From positions 33,672,401-33,736,400 of the forward strand of contig CM120641.1 of assembly GCA_051362555.1 (NCBI GenBank): DNA of 64,000 nt, read 5' to 3'. The stretch's first letter is position 1, and the number at the start of each line of letters is the position of its first letter. The notes beneath the pieces were generated by a model. It worked only from the letters and a program-made list of their open reading frames with translations. It was not told where the DNA came from and did not search any database. The position numbers and the translations under genes are program-made. Below, in pieces: positions 26,697-38,562 of the stretch. The DNA comes from Lingula anatina (Eukaryota > Animalia > Brachiopoda).

Positions 26697-29100
26697 TTAA
26701 CCTATAGGACTTGAATGGGAAATCTCAACGTGTGTTTTATGTAATCTTCTTTTATGGGCACTTGAAAATCAATTAGGCAAGTAATTTTATAGCTCTGAAT
26801 TTTGCTAGTGATTATCCCAAGGGACAATTACCACCATCCATAAACAGGAGCCCCATATACTGTAACACTCCATAGAGCTGCATTGCTTCCAAAACAGAAA
26901 ACAATCACACTGATTTCCAACACAAGCTACACTTCAGTCCTATGAAACTTTTCAGTAAGTTAGAATATCATAAGTAAAATGGTTTTTCCTTAATGGTCAT
27001 TCCTGCAGCGATGTCCAAAGAAGGGTTTTTTTCATCTTTTATGCAATTTAACATAATGCTTAACAGCACAATGGCCATCAATTTTTAATAATAAATTAAA
27101 TATATCATAGCTATTCAAAAGATGTGACTAGCAATGGTATTCAAGCCAATTGAAGTTCAAAGACTAAGTCACACCTTGAAAATGTCCATATGTGAAAATT
27201 TTAATTGTAACAAAAAACTATATAATTTCCAAGAAAGTTAACAGATATAACAGGTTTTCCAACTGAAGCTATAATTTAGTGCTATGCTAAATTTCTGTAA
27301 GTTTGAGAAGAGTAAGTGACTTGGTTTTCCTTTAATGGTCACTATGGAGGCATTGTCTAAAATGGGGTCGCCTTCAATTTTGATGCAATATTACATAATG
27401 CTTAACAGCATAATGACCATCAATTTTTAATAATAAAATAAAAGTATCATGGATATTCAGAAAATTTGATATGAAAAGGACTTCAGGGCCATGGAAGTTC
27501 AGAGTCACAACTTCAAAATGCCAAAATGTACACAAGAGATAACTGTACTGAAATGAATTTCTTTCCACTTTCAACACTTTTTTTACATATATCAAAATAA
27601 TCAATTTACTGTTTTTAAATGATCAACTAATAAAGTTGTTGACATAGGAAAAATATCAATAGAACAATTTTAAATGTCCAATTTGTTCCATTCTGAGATT
27701 CTGAACATACTGAATTATTGAATATGACAAACTGTAATGATATGAGTTTATTTTCATTTTTGACACTTTATCACACAATACACAATAACAAGTTTACCAT
27801 CATTTTTACATAATCAACTAACAATGTTGTAAAGATGCAGGAAATGTCAAACAAACACTTTTATGTATCTTATTAGTTAAATAATAAGACTGTAAACATG
27901 CCTAAGAACTGAATCTGAGGAAATGTGAAAAAACAGCATAACTTCTAAAATAATGGCCCGATTATGCTGATTTTCGAACTCGACCTGCGTTTTAGAAAGA
28001 TTGACCACTCCTGTGAGTTTAATGACAATTGGCCTAACGGTTTTCCTTAAAATGTGTGTACAGGGTTGCATATATGCTGAAAAGTGAAAAAACAGCATAA
28101 CTTTTACAATAATGGCCCGATCATGCTGATTTTCGAACTTGACCTGCGTTTTATGAATATTCATCAGCTCTGTAAATATAAAAGCAAAAAATAAAACTGT
28201 GTTCCACTTATCCTGTTTACAAGGAAAGTGAACGGCATCGGCATCGGCATCAGCATCGCCATCGGCGACGACAGACGCAGGTGATGGCAATATGTACAGA
28301 CACATCTGTGCTGTACATAAAAATGACCCAATCATGCTGATTTTCGAACTTGACCTGCGGATTATAAATATTCATCAGTTCTGTAAGTTTCAAGCCAAAA
28401 AGTACAAGGCAGCAAAGCCGTCAAAAGTACAGACAAAAAGCAGGAAATAACAATGCACAAAATAGGCTACTGTCAAATCTGGTGCAAAAGTACATTATGC
28501 TTAACTGCAAATTCAACATCAAATTTTAATTATGCTCAACAGGTAATACCAATGTAAGTAAAATGTGTAACAAGCATAAGGCTTCAGGCACATAGAACTT
28601 TTAAGTCACACCTTGAAAATGCCAAAATGTAAACAAGACAGCACTGTTCTGCAATGGGTTTATTTCCTTTTTTAACACATTTTAAACATAAAACAAAATA
28701 AATGTTTTACTGCCATTTTTATTAGATCAACTAATAAAATTGATGAGATGGGAAAAATATCAATAGAACAGTGTTAAATGTCCAATTTCCTCCATTCTGA
28801 GATTCTGAACATAGTGGATGATTGAATCTGACAATCTGCAATGATATGAGTTTTTTTCCATTTTTGACACTTTATTACACAATACACGGTAACAAGTTTC
28901 AAGCATCTGTGTCTGTACATAAAAATGCGGATCTTCGAACACGACCTACGTTTTACGAATATTCATCAGTTCTAAAAGTTTCTAGTCAAAATGTAAACTG
29001 TTTTCCACCTATTGTGTTAGTGTAGTGAAAGTGCATGACTGCGAGGATGATAGACAGGTGACAACTATATTTACAGACACCTCTGTATCTGTAAATAAAA
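26697..29100 (-). mobile_element. HINE family D copies
   Basis: Terminal hairpin tgtacagacac-atct-gtg(t)ctgtaca plus aaaaa, (ggcatc)n microsatellite, other terminus acaaggcagcaaagc. Matches 62050-63085. Confidence 0.8.
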
Positions 29101-29151
29101 AGTTTCATCCACCTGACTTAACTAATTCCAAATATGTAATACATTACTCAC

Positions 29152-29253
29152 CTTGCTTGCTAGTTCTTGTGTTGTTTCCTTATACAGAGGCGACAACTTA
29201 TTTGTCAGATTCTGCGAATACGTCATATTTAATGAAACACATGAATCTCTTAT
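29152..29253 (-). CDS. Host gene exon, N-terminal part of SEA-like domain (IRDSCVSLNMTYSQNLTNKLSPLYKETTQELASK)
   Basis: Poly-T tract plus cAG acceptor, GTGAGT donor, 102 nt open, phase 0/0. Resembles the SEA N-terminal pattern (N..Y...L.N..S..Y). Confidence 0.85.
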
Positions 29254-30899
29254 CTGAAAAAAAAAGTTGCAATGAAAAGGTTTCCTTTGAGGTGTTCATT
29301 TTGTGCATTAGGTGTGGGGAAGTAGGGTTTGATACATGTAGTGGTAATGTGTATGGGTAGAAAAGGGAAAAAGGTAAATTACATATAATACAACTGGATC
29401 TTTCTTGCAATTATTGTTCCATAATTTAAGAGAGAGTTAAGTTTTGTTGCACTTGACATGCTCTATAAAACAACAAACAAGTTGTTTTTAACCTTCAACA
29501 TTAAAAAATCAGAGGGAATTTTCAGTTTTGGCGTTCAATGAAAATGCACTATATTGATCCCAGAGTTGCAAAAATGAAAGGAGACCCCAAGTTTACTGCT
29601 CCCCGTAATACCAAAGTTAAGGTATGTGCACTTTCTGAATATCGGCACAAGCAAATATCTTTTCGCAGAAAATAACCCTTTTTTTAATTCTGGACCATTT
29701 TTCCATTTTACCTTGAAAACCTAGAAAAAAAGGTTAAACCCAAGGTCACAGTCAGCTTGCCAATATATGGCTTCCTATTCAAGTTAAAAAGTGGGCTTAC
29801 ATCTAGATCTGTATTTCTGCTAGTCTAGGAGTATTTCACATTTTATCTTCACCATTGAACATATTGAGGTTGTACTTTTTTTATATAGCTTAAGTCCTAA
29901 ACCTTGTGGAAAATAAACAAGGTAGCAAAACTGTCAAATGTACAGATAGAAAAACAAAATAAAGATGAAAAATAGTCATTTGGTGCAATAACAAATAATG
30001 CTTATAAAAGCACAGTCAAACAACAATGAATTTTAATCATGCACAACAGGTAAAATGGTCAATAAGGGACCGTTAACATGAAAAATCTATTTTCTAAAAA
30101 TCTATTGGCGGTACCTTGACATCAGAGTTTGTGCCCTGAATGCCCAGCGGTGTAATTACGGCAGCACGAGCGAGTTACTTCCAAAGCTGTAATTAATTCT
30201 TGGCTGCCCTCGGAGAAGATTCTCATACCTTGACACATGCCCAGTAGGAAGTTAGAAAGTAAATGGTGGTTGCAGTTGCTTTGAAAAATGCAATTTTGTG
30301 CAACAACAAGCACTACCACTAGCCATATGACGAGTCTGTATGCTTGAGCCGTCACAACTAAACTGATGAACTCCACAGCTTAGTGGGGAAAACATAACCT
30401 CCTTGGTGGAGGTAATAATGCTTATAATAGCACAGTCAGTCAACACTGAATTTAAATCATGCACAACAGGTGACATCGTCAATAACAGGAGCAGATCCAG
30501 AGATATTTTCTAACAGTATTCCAAAGTATCTCTGTTGATCCATCCTCCATTTTGATGGTCTTCCAACAGAAAAAAAGATATGTAAACAATAAAATCTGAC
30601 CATCTTCCAGAAGGCCCAGAAGATGGTCTCAATTCCGCCCCTGCAATAAGATTACAGTTTCAGGACCACGAGAGTTCAAATTCACAAAATGAAAATCACA
30701 ATATTTGAAAAATGATGACAGTGCATAAAATAATATTACATAATGTTTAAAGACATAAATACCAATACAACTGCTTATGTGGAAATACAGAAAATGTGCA
30801 GAGGTTCAAACGGATGGGAGTTAAAAGTCATATCTTGACAAGGCAGCAAAGCTGTCAAATGTACAGACAAAAAGCAGGAAATAACAAAATAGGCTACTG

Positions 30900-32570
30900 C
30901 AGGGGTCGAAACAGACGGTCGCCCACTCGCCAATGCGACTTAGAAACATCCCGGGCGACTACCTGTCAGGGGTACTGGTCCGTTTTGGCAACCCTGAAAA
31001 GTGCCGAACATTGTTGCCAAACCCACAGTCTGCGACGTTAAGCACTAGCCCGAGGCAATTGCCCACCTAAAGTGGCACCGGGCTAGTAAAAAAGTTGAAA
31101 TTTTATAAAGCAATAGCTGTAATTTTGAACCTATTTTAACACTCAGTAAGATTTCAAAAATATGAGTCGCCAGTCTTCTTTGTCCCTGCCTCTAATTTGA
31201 CGTTTCTAGATAGTATGATATGCCTCTCAGTTGAAAAAAACTCACAACTAGCTCAAACTACTGAATATTGATTAGTTGCTATAAATAACTTCACTGTAGT
31301 TATTAATAGTAGCAGTCTGTCTGATCAGCGTGTCGGCATCTTTTTATTTGACCAGTTTGTTGTCATGACTACAAATTGCTGTCAATCAAGAAACTGGATC
31401 AGACCGGAATTCTTTGGTACTAGCAACAGGTTTTGTCAAAACAACACTGTCAAGTGTAATGTATGCGTTATCTCATAGAACATTTAAGTTAGGACCACTT
31501 AGCAGACTGAGGGGTGGAGTATTCTATTTCCTTTTTTGTTTATATTTTTTATTTATAATTTTAATGTCCATGAGTAAATACATAAATACCCTATGAACTA
31601 TTCTTGACAATGTGGGATAGTTCGGTTTATGCCATGGCTACCCCTCCACACTTTGTCCTGGTAAAGTCCTTGAAAAGTTGTTTTTACAAATATATAACCA
31701 AAAGAATTGTTACCAAAAAAATTGTAAGACGTTTGTTTAATTACCCTTACAGCACCTATGTATTTTAAATTAGAAGTGGCATTATATACCGATGTAATTG
31801 GAAATGAATTGTCAGAAAAGAGCCATTGTCAATAAAAAGAATAGGAATTAAAAAAAAAGATTTTGATTGCATATAAAAAATGGAAAAAAAGATATAATAA
31901 AAATATGAAAAGTAAGGGTAACTATATTCAGTATTACAAATTAAAAAAAAAGAATTTTTTCAATATTAAAAGAATTAAATATATTTTTAATTAATTTTAC
32001 CACCCCATCAACTGAAAATTAACCTGATTGACTTTGTTATTCACTTGCTCTACTTCTATAATAAGGTTTACAAGAAAATACAGTATGGTACCACAACTCT
32101 TTACAGCATCTGCTTAAACTTTTTAAATGAATTATTTAAATTGGGCTAGTGTTTTTTGGTTCGGGCTAATAAAGTTTGACAGAAGTTTTTTTCATTTCGC
32201 GTTCAACCCCGCCAATTAAAATTAAATTAATTTTTTAATAATATGGATATATGTAGAAGTTATATTTATTTCATAATAATTTTTTATATATCCATTTTAT
32301 TTTTTATATATTATGATGATGATGAGCTAGCAGAGGAGGATGTGTACAAACAGTTAAAGTAACTGACTGGAATATGAATGTGTTTAGATAATCATATAGA
32401 AATAAAAATGGATGTTAAACATGTATGCGTTTTCGTTATATCTAGTAGCTTGAAACTACTAATTTTTAACGTAAAATTTTACGGACCAGTACTTCTTGGT
32501 ACGGACCAGTACCTCTAAGGTCCACTGGTCCGTATTGGCCAGTCCTGCCCAAATTCTGTTTTGACCCCTG
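30900..32570. mobile_element. Non-autonomous hAT5-like DNA transposon (1671 bp)
   Basis: TIR caggggtcgaaacaga / tctgttttgacccctg (15/16), 5-bp TSD TACTG. Empty site ataggctactgtcaa near 28462. Confidence 0.85.
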
Positions 32571-32819
32571 TACTGTCAATTCTGATGCAAAAGTATATTA
32601 TGTTAAACTTCAAATTCAACATCAAATTTTAATTATGCTCAACAGGTAATACCAATGTAAGTAAAATGTGTAACAAGCATAATGCTTCAGGCCCATGGGA
32701 GTTCAAGTTCACACTTTGAAAATGTAAAACTTCCAGAAAAAGAAGTCAATTAGACTACTTTTCCAACTCAGGCTGCATTTTAGTCCTGTATATCTTTTTT
32801 GAAAGTTTGGCCATCATAA

Positions 32820-33330
32820 AGCACCCTGCACACGGTAAGCAATTGGCGCGCGCCACTTGCGCTGAGCAAGATGCTCGGGCTCCTCAGCTCTCCGCAAACG
32901 CTGCGCTCTTTGCTCAGCAGAGGTGCCTCCCGGCCTGCCCCTAGCGGACGCACTGTGAACTGTGGAATCATGTGTTTAAGGAAACATTACATATTGTTGT
33001 TTTTTCTGATAGTAATGGATAATGGTGCCCACGTTAATCAATCAGACTAACTATAACTGTGTACAGTTTTGTTGACTTCGCTGGGGGCTGCCATTTTTGT
33101 TTGTTTCCGGCTACTGGCACATGCGCATTGTTAGCATGGCGTGAGCAATCGGCGCTTGCACCCCGCACACGCTGAGACATTTACCTCAAGAGACCAAAAA
33201 TATCAAACACGTGAGAAATTTTCCACAGCCGCGCGAGAGGCAAAAATCTCACCAAAATACCCCCGCACATGATGAGAAAACAGCGCAGCGCAAGTGGCGC
33301 GCACCAAATGCTCACCGTGTGTGGGTCCCT
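32820..33330. mobile_element. PIF/Harbinger-type MITE (511 bp)
   Basis: About 48-bp imperfect TIRs (cacacggt.agca.ttgg.gcgcgccacttgcgctg), flanked by TAA and TTA. Confidence 0.75.
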
Positions 33331-33442
33331 TTAGTAACATAGTTTTCCCATAATGGTCATAATGGCAGCAGCACCCAAAATTGTGTTTTCTTCTATTCTG
33401 ATGCAATATTACGTAATGGTTAACAGCATAATGACAATTTTT

Positions 33443-35472
33443 AACTAGAGGATCAGAGAGGCGATACCGCCTCCGAATATTGTACCACCAGCTGGAGCAA
33501 GCGCATTCGTACAGACCCCCACATACACAAAATAAGGGACACAGCCACCAGTCTTGTGCTTGACAAGCTGTAAAAATGCAATCAACAAGAATTTTCAAAA
33601 TATGCAAAAAATATATATAACTAAAAATGGTACAATCAAATTAAAGTTCATCATAAGGTAGGTCAAAGTTCAATTTCAAGGTCACAGTAAGATTGCCAGT
33701 ATATGACTTCCTATTCAACTTCAATAGTAACTATGGACCTATCTCTGCCAGTTTTAGAGATAAAAGGGAAGCAAAATTTGCAAAGTTCAGTTCATGGTGA
33801 AAAGTAGGTCAAAGGTCAATTTTAAGGTCACATTTAGATTGCCAGTATATGACTTCCTATTCAACTTCAATAGTAACTATGGACCTATCTCTGCCAGTTT
33901 TGGAGATAGAAGGGAAGCAAAATTTGCAAAGTTCAGTTCATGGTGAAAAGTAGGTCAAAGGTCAATTTCAAGGTCACAGTAAGATTGCCAGTATATGACT
34001 TCCTATTCAACTTCAATAGTAACTATGGACCTATCTCTGCCAGTTTTGGAGATAAAAGGGAAGCAAAATTTGCAAAGTTCAGTTCATGGTGAACAGTAGG
34101 TCAAAGGTCAATTTTAAGGTCACATTTAGATTGCCAGTATACGACTTCCTATTCAACTTCAATAGTAACTATGGACCTATCTCTGCCAGTTTTGGAGATA
34201 AAAGGGAAGCAAAATTTGCAAAGTTCAGTTCATGGTGAAAAGTAGGTCAAAGGTCAATTTTAAGGTCACATTTAGATTGCCAGTATATGACTTCCTATTC
34301 AACTTCAATAGTAACTATGGACCTATCTCTGCCAGTTTTGGAGATAAAAGGGAAGCAAAATTTGCAAAGTTCAGTTCATGGTGAAAAGTAGGTCAAAGGT
34401 CAATTTCAAGGTCACAGTAAGATTGCCAGTATATGACTTCCTATTCAACTTCAATAGTAACTATGGACTTATCTCTGCCAGTTTTGGAGATATAAGGGAC
34501 TAAATGTTATAATTTTGGGGTTACCATAATGTGCCATAAATTTCCTACAGAAAAAATTAATTAAAATAAAGAAAAGGTCATTTTGGTCAAAATTCTTGAA
34601 ATGGGAGGTGCTCTGAAGTTCCAGAAGTTCAAATTTGATGAAATAATGTCATTTTTGACCACAAGTTGTCTGCTTTACCAAGCCTTATGTTTTATTTTTC
34701 CAGAGTTTAAAATTTATTATCCATTACCGTACTGCACATTTTGCTTTCACCACCAATATGTACTTTTTGATACAGCGTAACTCGAAAACCGTATGGAATA
34801 CAAAAAAACGGAGACCACCCCCAGTGTTGGGCTTTACATGCTCTACAAAATGCAAAAAAGAATGGGTCTCTAGCATTAACGGTTCCTGAATTAGAGACAG
34901 TTTTCAGTTTCGGTATCTTATGGCCGCTTCTCCCGTGAAAATGCACCGATTGACCCCAAATTTACGGATATGAAAGATGACCTGAAGGGTAACATTTTCC
35001 AATAATATTATTGGTTAAGTCTGTGTGGTGTCTGAATAACAGCGCAAATAATTTTTTTTTCGTAAAAAAATTAATTTTTTTGAAAATTTTGGCCCGTTTG
35101 ACCTTGAAATAAAGGTCAAAAGTCAAATCCAAGGGCATATTTGAAATCTACACATATGACTTTTGGAAAGCCATCTGTAGAAATTTTTCCCATAATTCCT
35201 TCCGTAGGGTAGATAATTAGCATTTAATTTTGCCATTTTTGGACAAGGGTGCATTGCAATGAATGCCACACCTAGACCCCAATACCGACAAAGCCCAAAT
35301 TTTACATGGAACGAGTTGAGATTATAGGTGACCTAAATCCAAGAGATGGGTATGGGGGCCCTTACCGTCTAGGAGGAGAAGCGGTAACGGTAACATGGCC
35401 ACGGAGCCGGCGGAACGGACCGGACGGGACTAAAACCATGTGTACCGCCAGCGCTAACGCTGGTGGTACAAT
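33443..35472 (-). mobile_element. Complete uninterrupted HINE family A element (about 2.03 kb, about 6 monomers at 33645-34500)
   Basis: Minus strand reads 5' TTATTGTACCACCAGCG plus IR ... subTIR, palindrome, CTAGTT 3'. Inserted at TT in family D with no evident TSD, as expected for Helentrons. Confidence 0.92.
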
Positions 35473-37268
35473 AATAAAATATACGTATCATGGATTTTCA
35501 GAAAATGTGACTAGCATAAGTTTTCAATCCTGTGGAACTTCAAAGTCACACCTTCAAAATGCCAATATGTGAAAAATTAAATTTGCACAAAAAAACTGTT
35601 TAACTGGCAGATTGCATTGCCTACTGAAGCTATATTTTAGTCCCATGTTTCTTTCCTGTAAGTTTGAGAACAGTAAGTGACATGGTTTTTCTTAAATGGT
35701 CATCATAGAAGCAGTGCCCAAAATAGTTTTTTTTTTTCAAATTTTGATGCAATATAACATAATGCTTAACGGCATAATGACCATCAATTTTTAAGAATAA
35801 AATATTAGTATCATGGATATTCAGAAAATGTGACTAGCAAAGGTCTTCAGGCCCATGGAACTTCAAAGTCACAACTTGAAAATGCCAAAATGCAAACAAG
35901 TCAGCACTGTTCTGAAATGGGTTTTTTTTCCCCATTTTTAACAATTTTTTAACATAAAACAAAATTAACAGTTTACTGCCATTTTTATATGATCAACTAA
36001 GAAAATTGATGAGATGGGAAAAATATCAATAGAACAGTGTTAAATGTCCAATTTCTTCCATTCTGAGATTCTGAACATAGTGAATGATTGAACCTGACAA
36101 ACTGCAATGATATGAGTTTATTTCCATTTTTGAAACTTTTTTACACAACACACCATAAGTTTACCATCATTTTTACATAATCAACTAACAATGTTGTAAA
36201 GATGCAGGAAATATCAAACAAACGCTTTTATGCATCTTATTAGTTTAATAATGAGATTGTTAACATGCCTAAGAATTGAATCTGAGGAAATGTGAAAAAA
36301 CAGCATACCTTTTAAAATAATGGCCCGATCATGCCGATTTTCGAACTTGACCTGTGTTTTAGTAAGATTGGTTATTCCTGTGAGTTTCATGACAACAGGC
36401 CTATTGTTTTTCCTTGAAATGTGTTTACAGTGTTGTATATATGCTGATTCCTGAAAAGTGAAAAAACAGCATAACTGCTACAATAATGGCCCGATCATGC
36501 TGATTTTCGAACTTGACCTGCGTTTTATGAATATTTATCAGTTCTGTAAATATAAAGCCAAAAAGTAAAACTGTCTTCCACTTATCGTGTTTACACTGAA
36601 AGTGCACGGCGCCGGCATCGGCGATGGCATCGGCATCGGCATCAGCGGCGACGACAAACGCAGGTGATGGCAATATGAACAGACACATCTGTGTCCGTAC
36701 ATAAAAATTCCAATAAAGCTGCCACTTAAACTTTTAATCTAGCTGTATTAACATATGAATTACCCCATTGAGTATGAGAATAATAAGGCACTGTTATTCA
36801 TCTATAGCAGTTGTTGGGGTTACACAAAATTCTTTCTTTTTGCAAATGTAAACTCACTTGCAATACTAGAGGATCAGAGAGGCGATACCGCTTCCGGATA
36901 TTGTACCACCAGCTGGAGTAAGCGTATTCGTATGGAAAACCAAAAACAAACAGGAACAACCACCAGTGTTGTGTTTGACAAGCTCTTCAAAATGCAATAA
37001 ACAAGACAAGAAATATGCCCCTTCCCTTGAAATTAAAAAACAGCACAACTTTTATAAAAATTGTCTGATCAAGCCAATTTTCAAGACAATAGGCTTGTCA
37101 GTTTTCTTTGAAATGCATTATCAGTGTTGCATACATATTGAACGAAAGAAATAGGCCTATCTCTGCCTATCTTTGGAAATATAAGGGATAAAAAAATTTG
37201 CAAAGTTCAGTTCATGGTGAAACGAAGGTCAAAGATCAATTTAAATGTGACACTTAGATGTCCAGCAT

Positions 37269-38093
37269 ATGACTTCCTATTCACCTGTAGTATGCAATTC
37301 TGGACCCCTCTATAAAACCGGTCAAAAATGCGAACGCGCAATAATCGCAGGAGATGAAAAACATAGGGAAGCATGTGAAATAAAAATCTCCAAAAGTTTG
37401 GACAAAGGATTTGCTAGAGAAATTAAACCGGGACAGTTTGTCATTGTTACTTGGGGGGAGACTTTGTATACGCGATGTGACAATACTGTGGAACAGTCCG
37501 TGAAAATTCGACCTGGGACTTATTTATTAAACGTTGACAACGGGTGTGAAATTCAGGGGGATAATTATCTTTTACCGGGTGTAATTCACCAAATTGGGAA
37601 AATCGAAATCCATCCCATTCAACTAAATTTTTCCAAAGGCTTAAATTTAACCGATACCATCCGCGAAAACGACGCTCTGAAACTGTTAAAAAATTTAAAC
37701 CAGAAAGACCTAGCCCTCCAATGGACCGTCCCATTAAAAGAAATAACATGGAACGACAAAAACTTTTGGGAAGACTTTATACCTGACTCAAGTAATGTAT
37801 GGGGTTATTTAGGCACCTTAGCGTTAATTATGATTGTTACTGGAGTATTGATTGTGATCTTAAAGAAATGGTGGTTTACAAAATGTTTTAAGAAATTTCA
37901 GGGGAAGCGAAAGCCGAGAGCTATTACCTTGGAAACAAGACCAGAATCCACAACACTGATCGGGGACTCGGTATCTAATGAAATTCAATTTATCCCTAGG
38001 AAAATCAAAACTGCCAGCTCCGGACCCACCCAACTTCAGGCGCTATACACCCCACAGAGAGATGGGATGCTGATGTACACCGACATCGAATGA
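37269..38093 (+). CDS. env: 5'-truncated envelope glycoprotein of an LTR retroelement (baculovirus-F/errantivirus Env-like C-terminal half)
   Basis: 274-aa open frame. Cys spacing is F-protein-like (VC..CERAII..C..RC..GTY..GCEI), sequons NFS and NLT, TM segment YLGTLALIMIVTGVLIVIL followed by KKWW and a cytoplasmic tail. The first 5 codons derive from the satellite. Confidence 0.72.
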   Translation: MTSYSPVVCNSGPLYKTGQKCERAIIAGDEKHREACEIKISKSLDKGFAREIKPGQFVIVTWGETLYTRCDNTVEQSVKIRPGTYLLNVDNGCEIQGDNYLLPGVIHQIGKIEIHPIQLNFSKGLNLTDTIRENDALKLLKNLNQKDLALQWTVPLKEITWNDKNFWEDFIPDSSNVWGYLGTLALIMIVTGVLIVILKKWWFTKCFKKFQGKRKPRAITLETRPESTTLIGDSVSNEIQFIPRKIKTASSGPTQLQALYTPQRDGMLMYTDIE

Positions 38094-38562
38094 TTTATAT
38101 GGTGAGCTCGATTACTCATGTCGATACCCTTATTATTATGAATATTATTTTTTATTATAGCACTTAGCTGAAGGCTGTCACTCTGTTAGTGTGCGATTCC
38201 CCGCGTTGTGAGAAGAGACTCGGCGCCTAATCAAACCTAGCGAGTGGAACAGACTTCGTTTGAATTTTTAGTATTATGTATTAGTATGTATTTATATAGA
38301 TTGTTTTTCAGGGATAATTTCCCGGTGTGGGGAGCGTATTTACTTTTGTATTTTTCAGATAACCAAGGACCCGGAGACCACTGTTGATCACGCACGCTAA
38401 ATCCAACCCGAGACACGGAGACGTTCCTCCATTCGCGCCGCGTTCGACAAGCAGCTGCGTAGATACCCCACTGCAGATCAACCAAAGACGTACTTCGATT
38501 CGCGCCGCGACCGCAATCCATCAGCGCCGACGCCCACTGATACTCCACAACAGTTAGACTAA

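Larger units (their letters stand above)
29916..36707 (-). mobile_element. HINE family D copies hosting hAT5-like, Harbinger MITE and family A insertions
   Basis: Heads at 29916 and 30838, terminal hairpin at 36675-36707. Sequence is continuous across each insertion. Confidence 0.75.

Noticed and set aside
27877-28335. 152-aa ORF with ADADAD (also 36425)
   Set aside because: Translation of the (ggcatc)n microsatellite and internal repeats of HINE family D.
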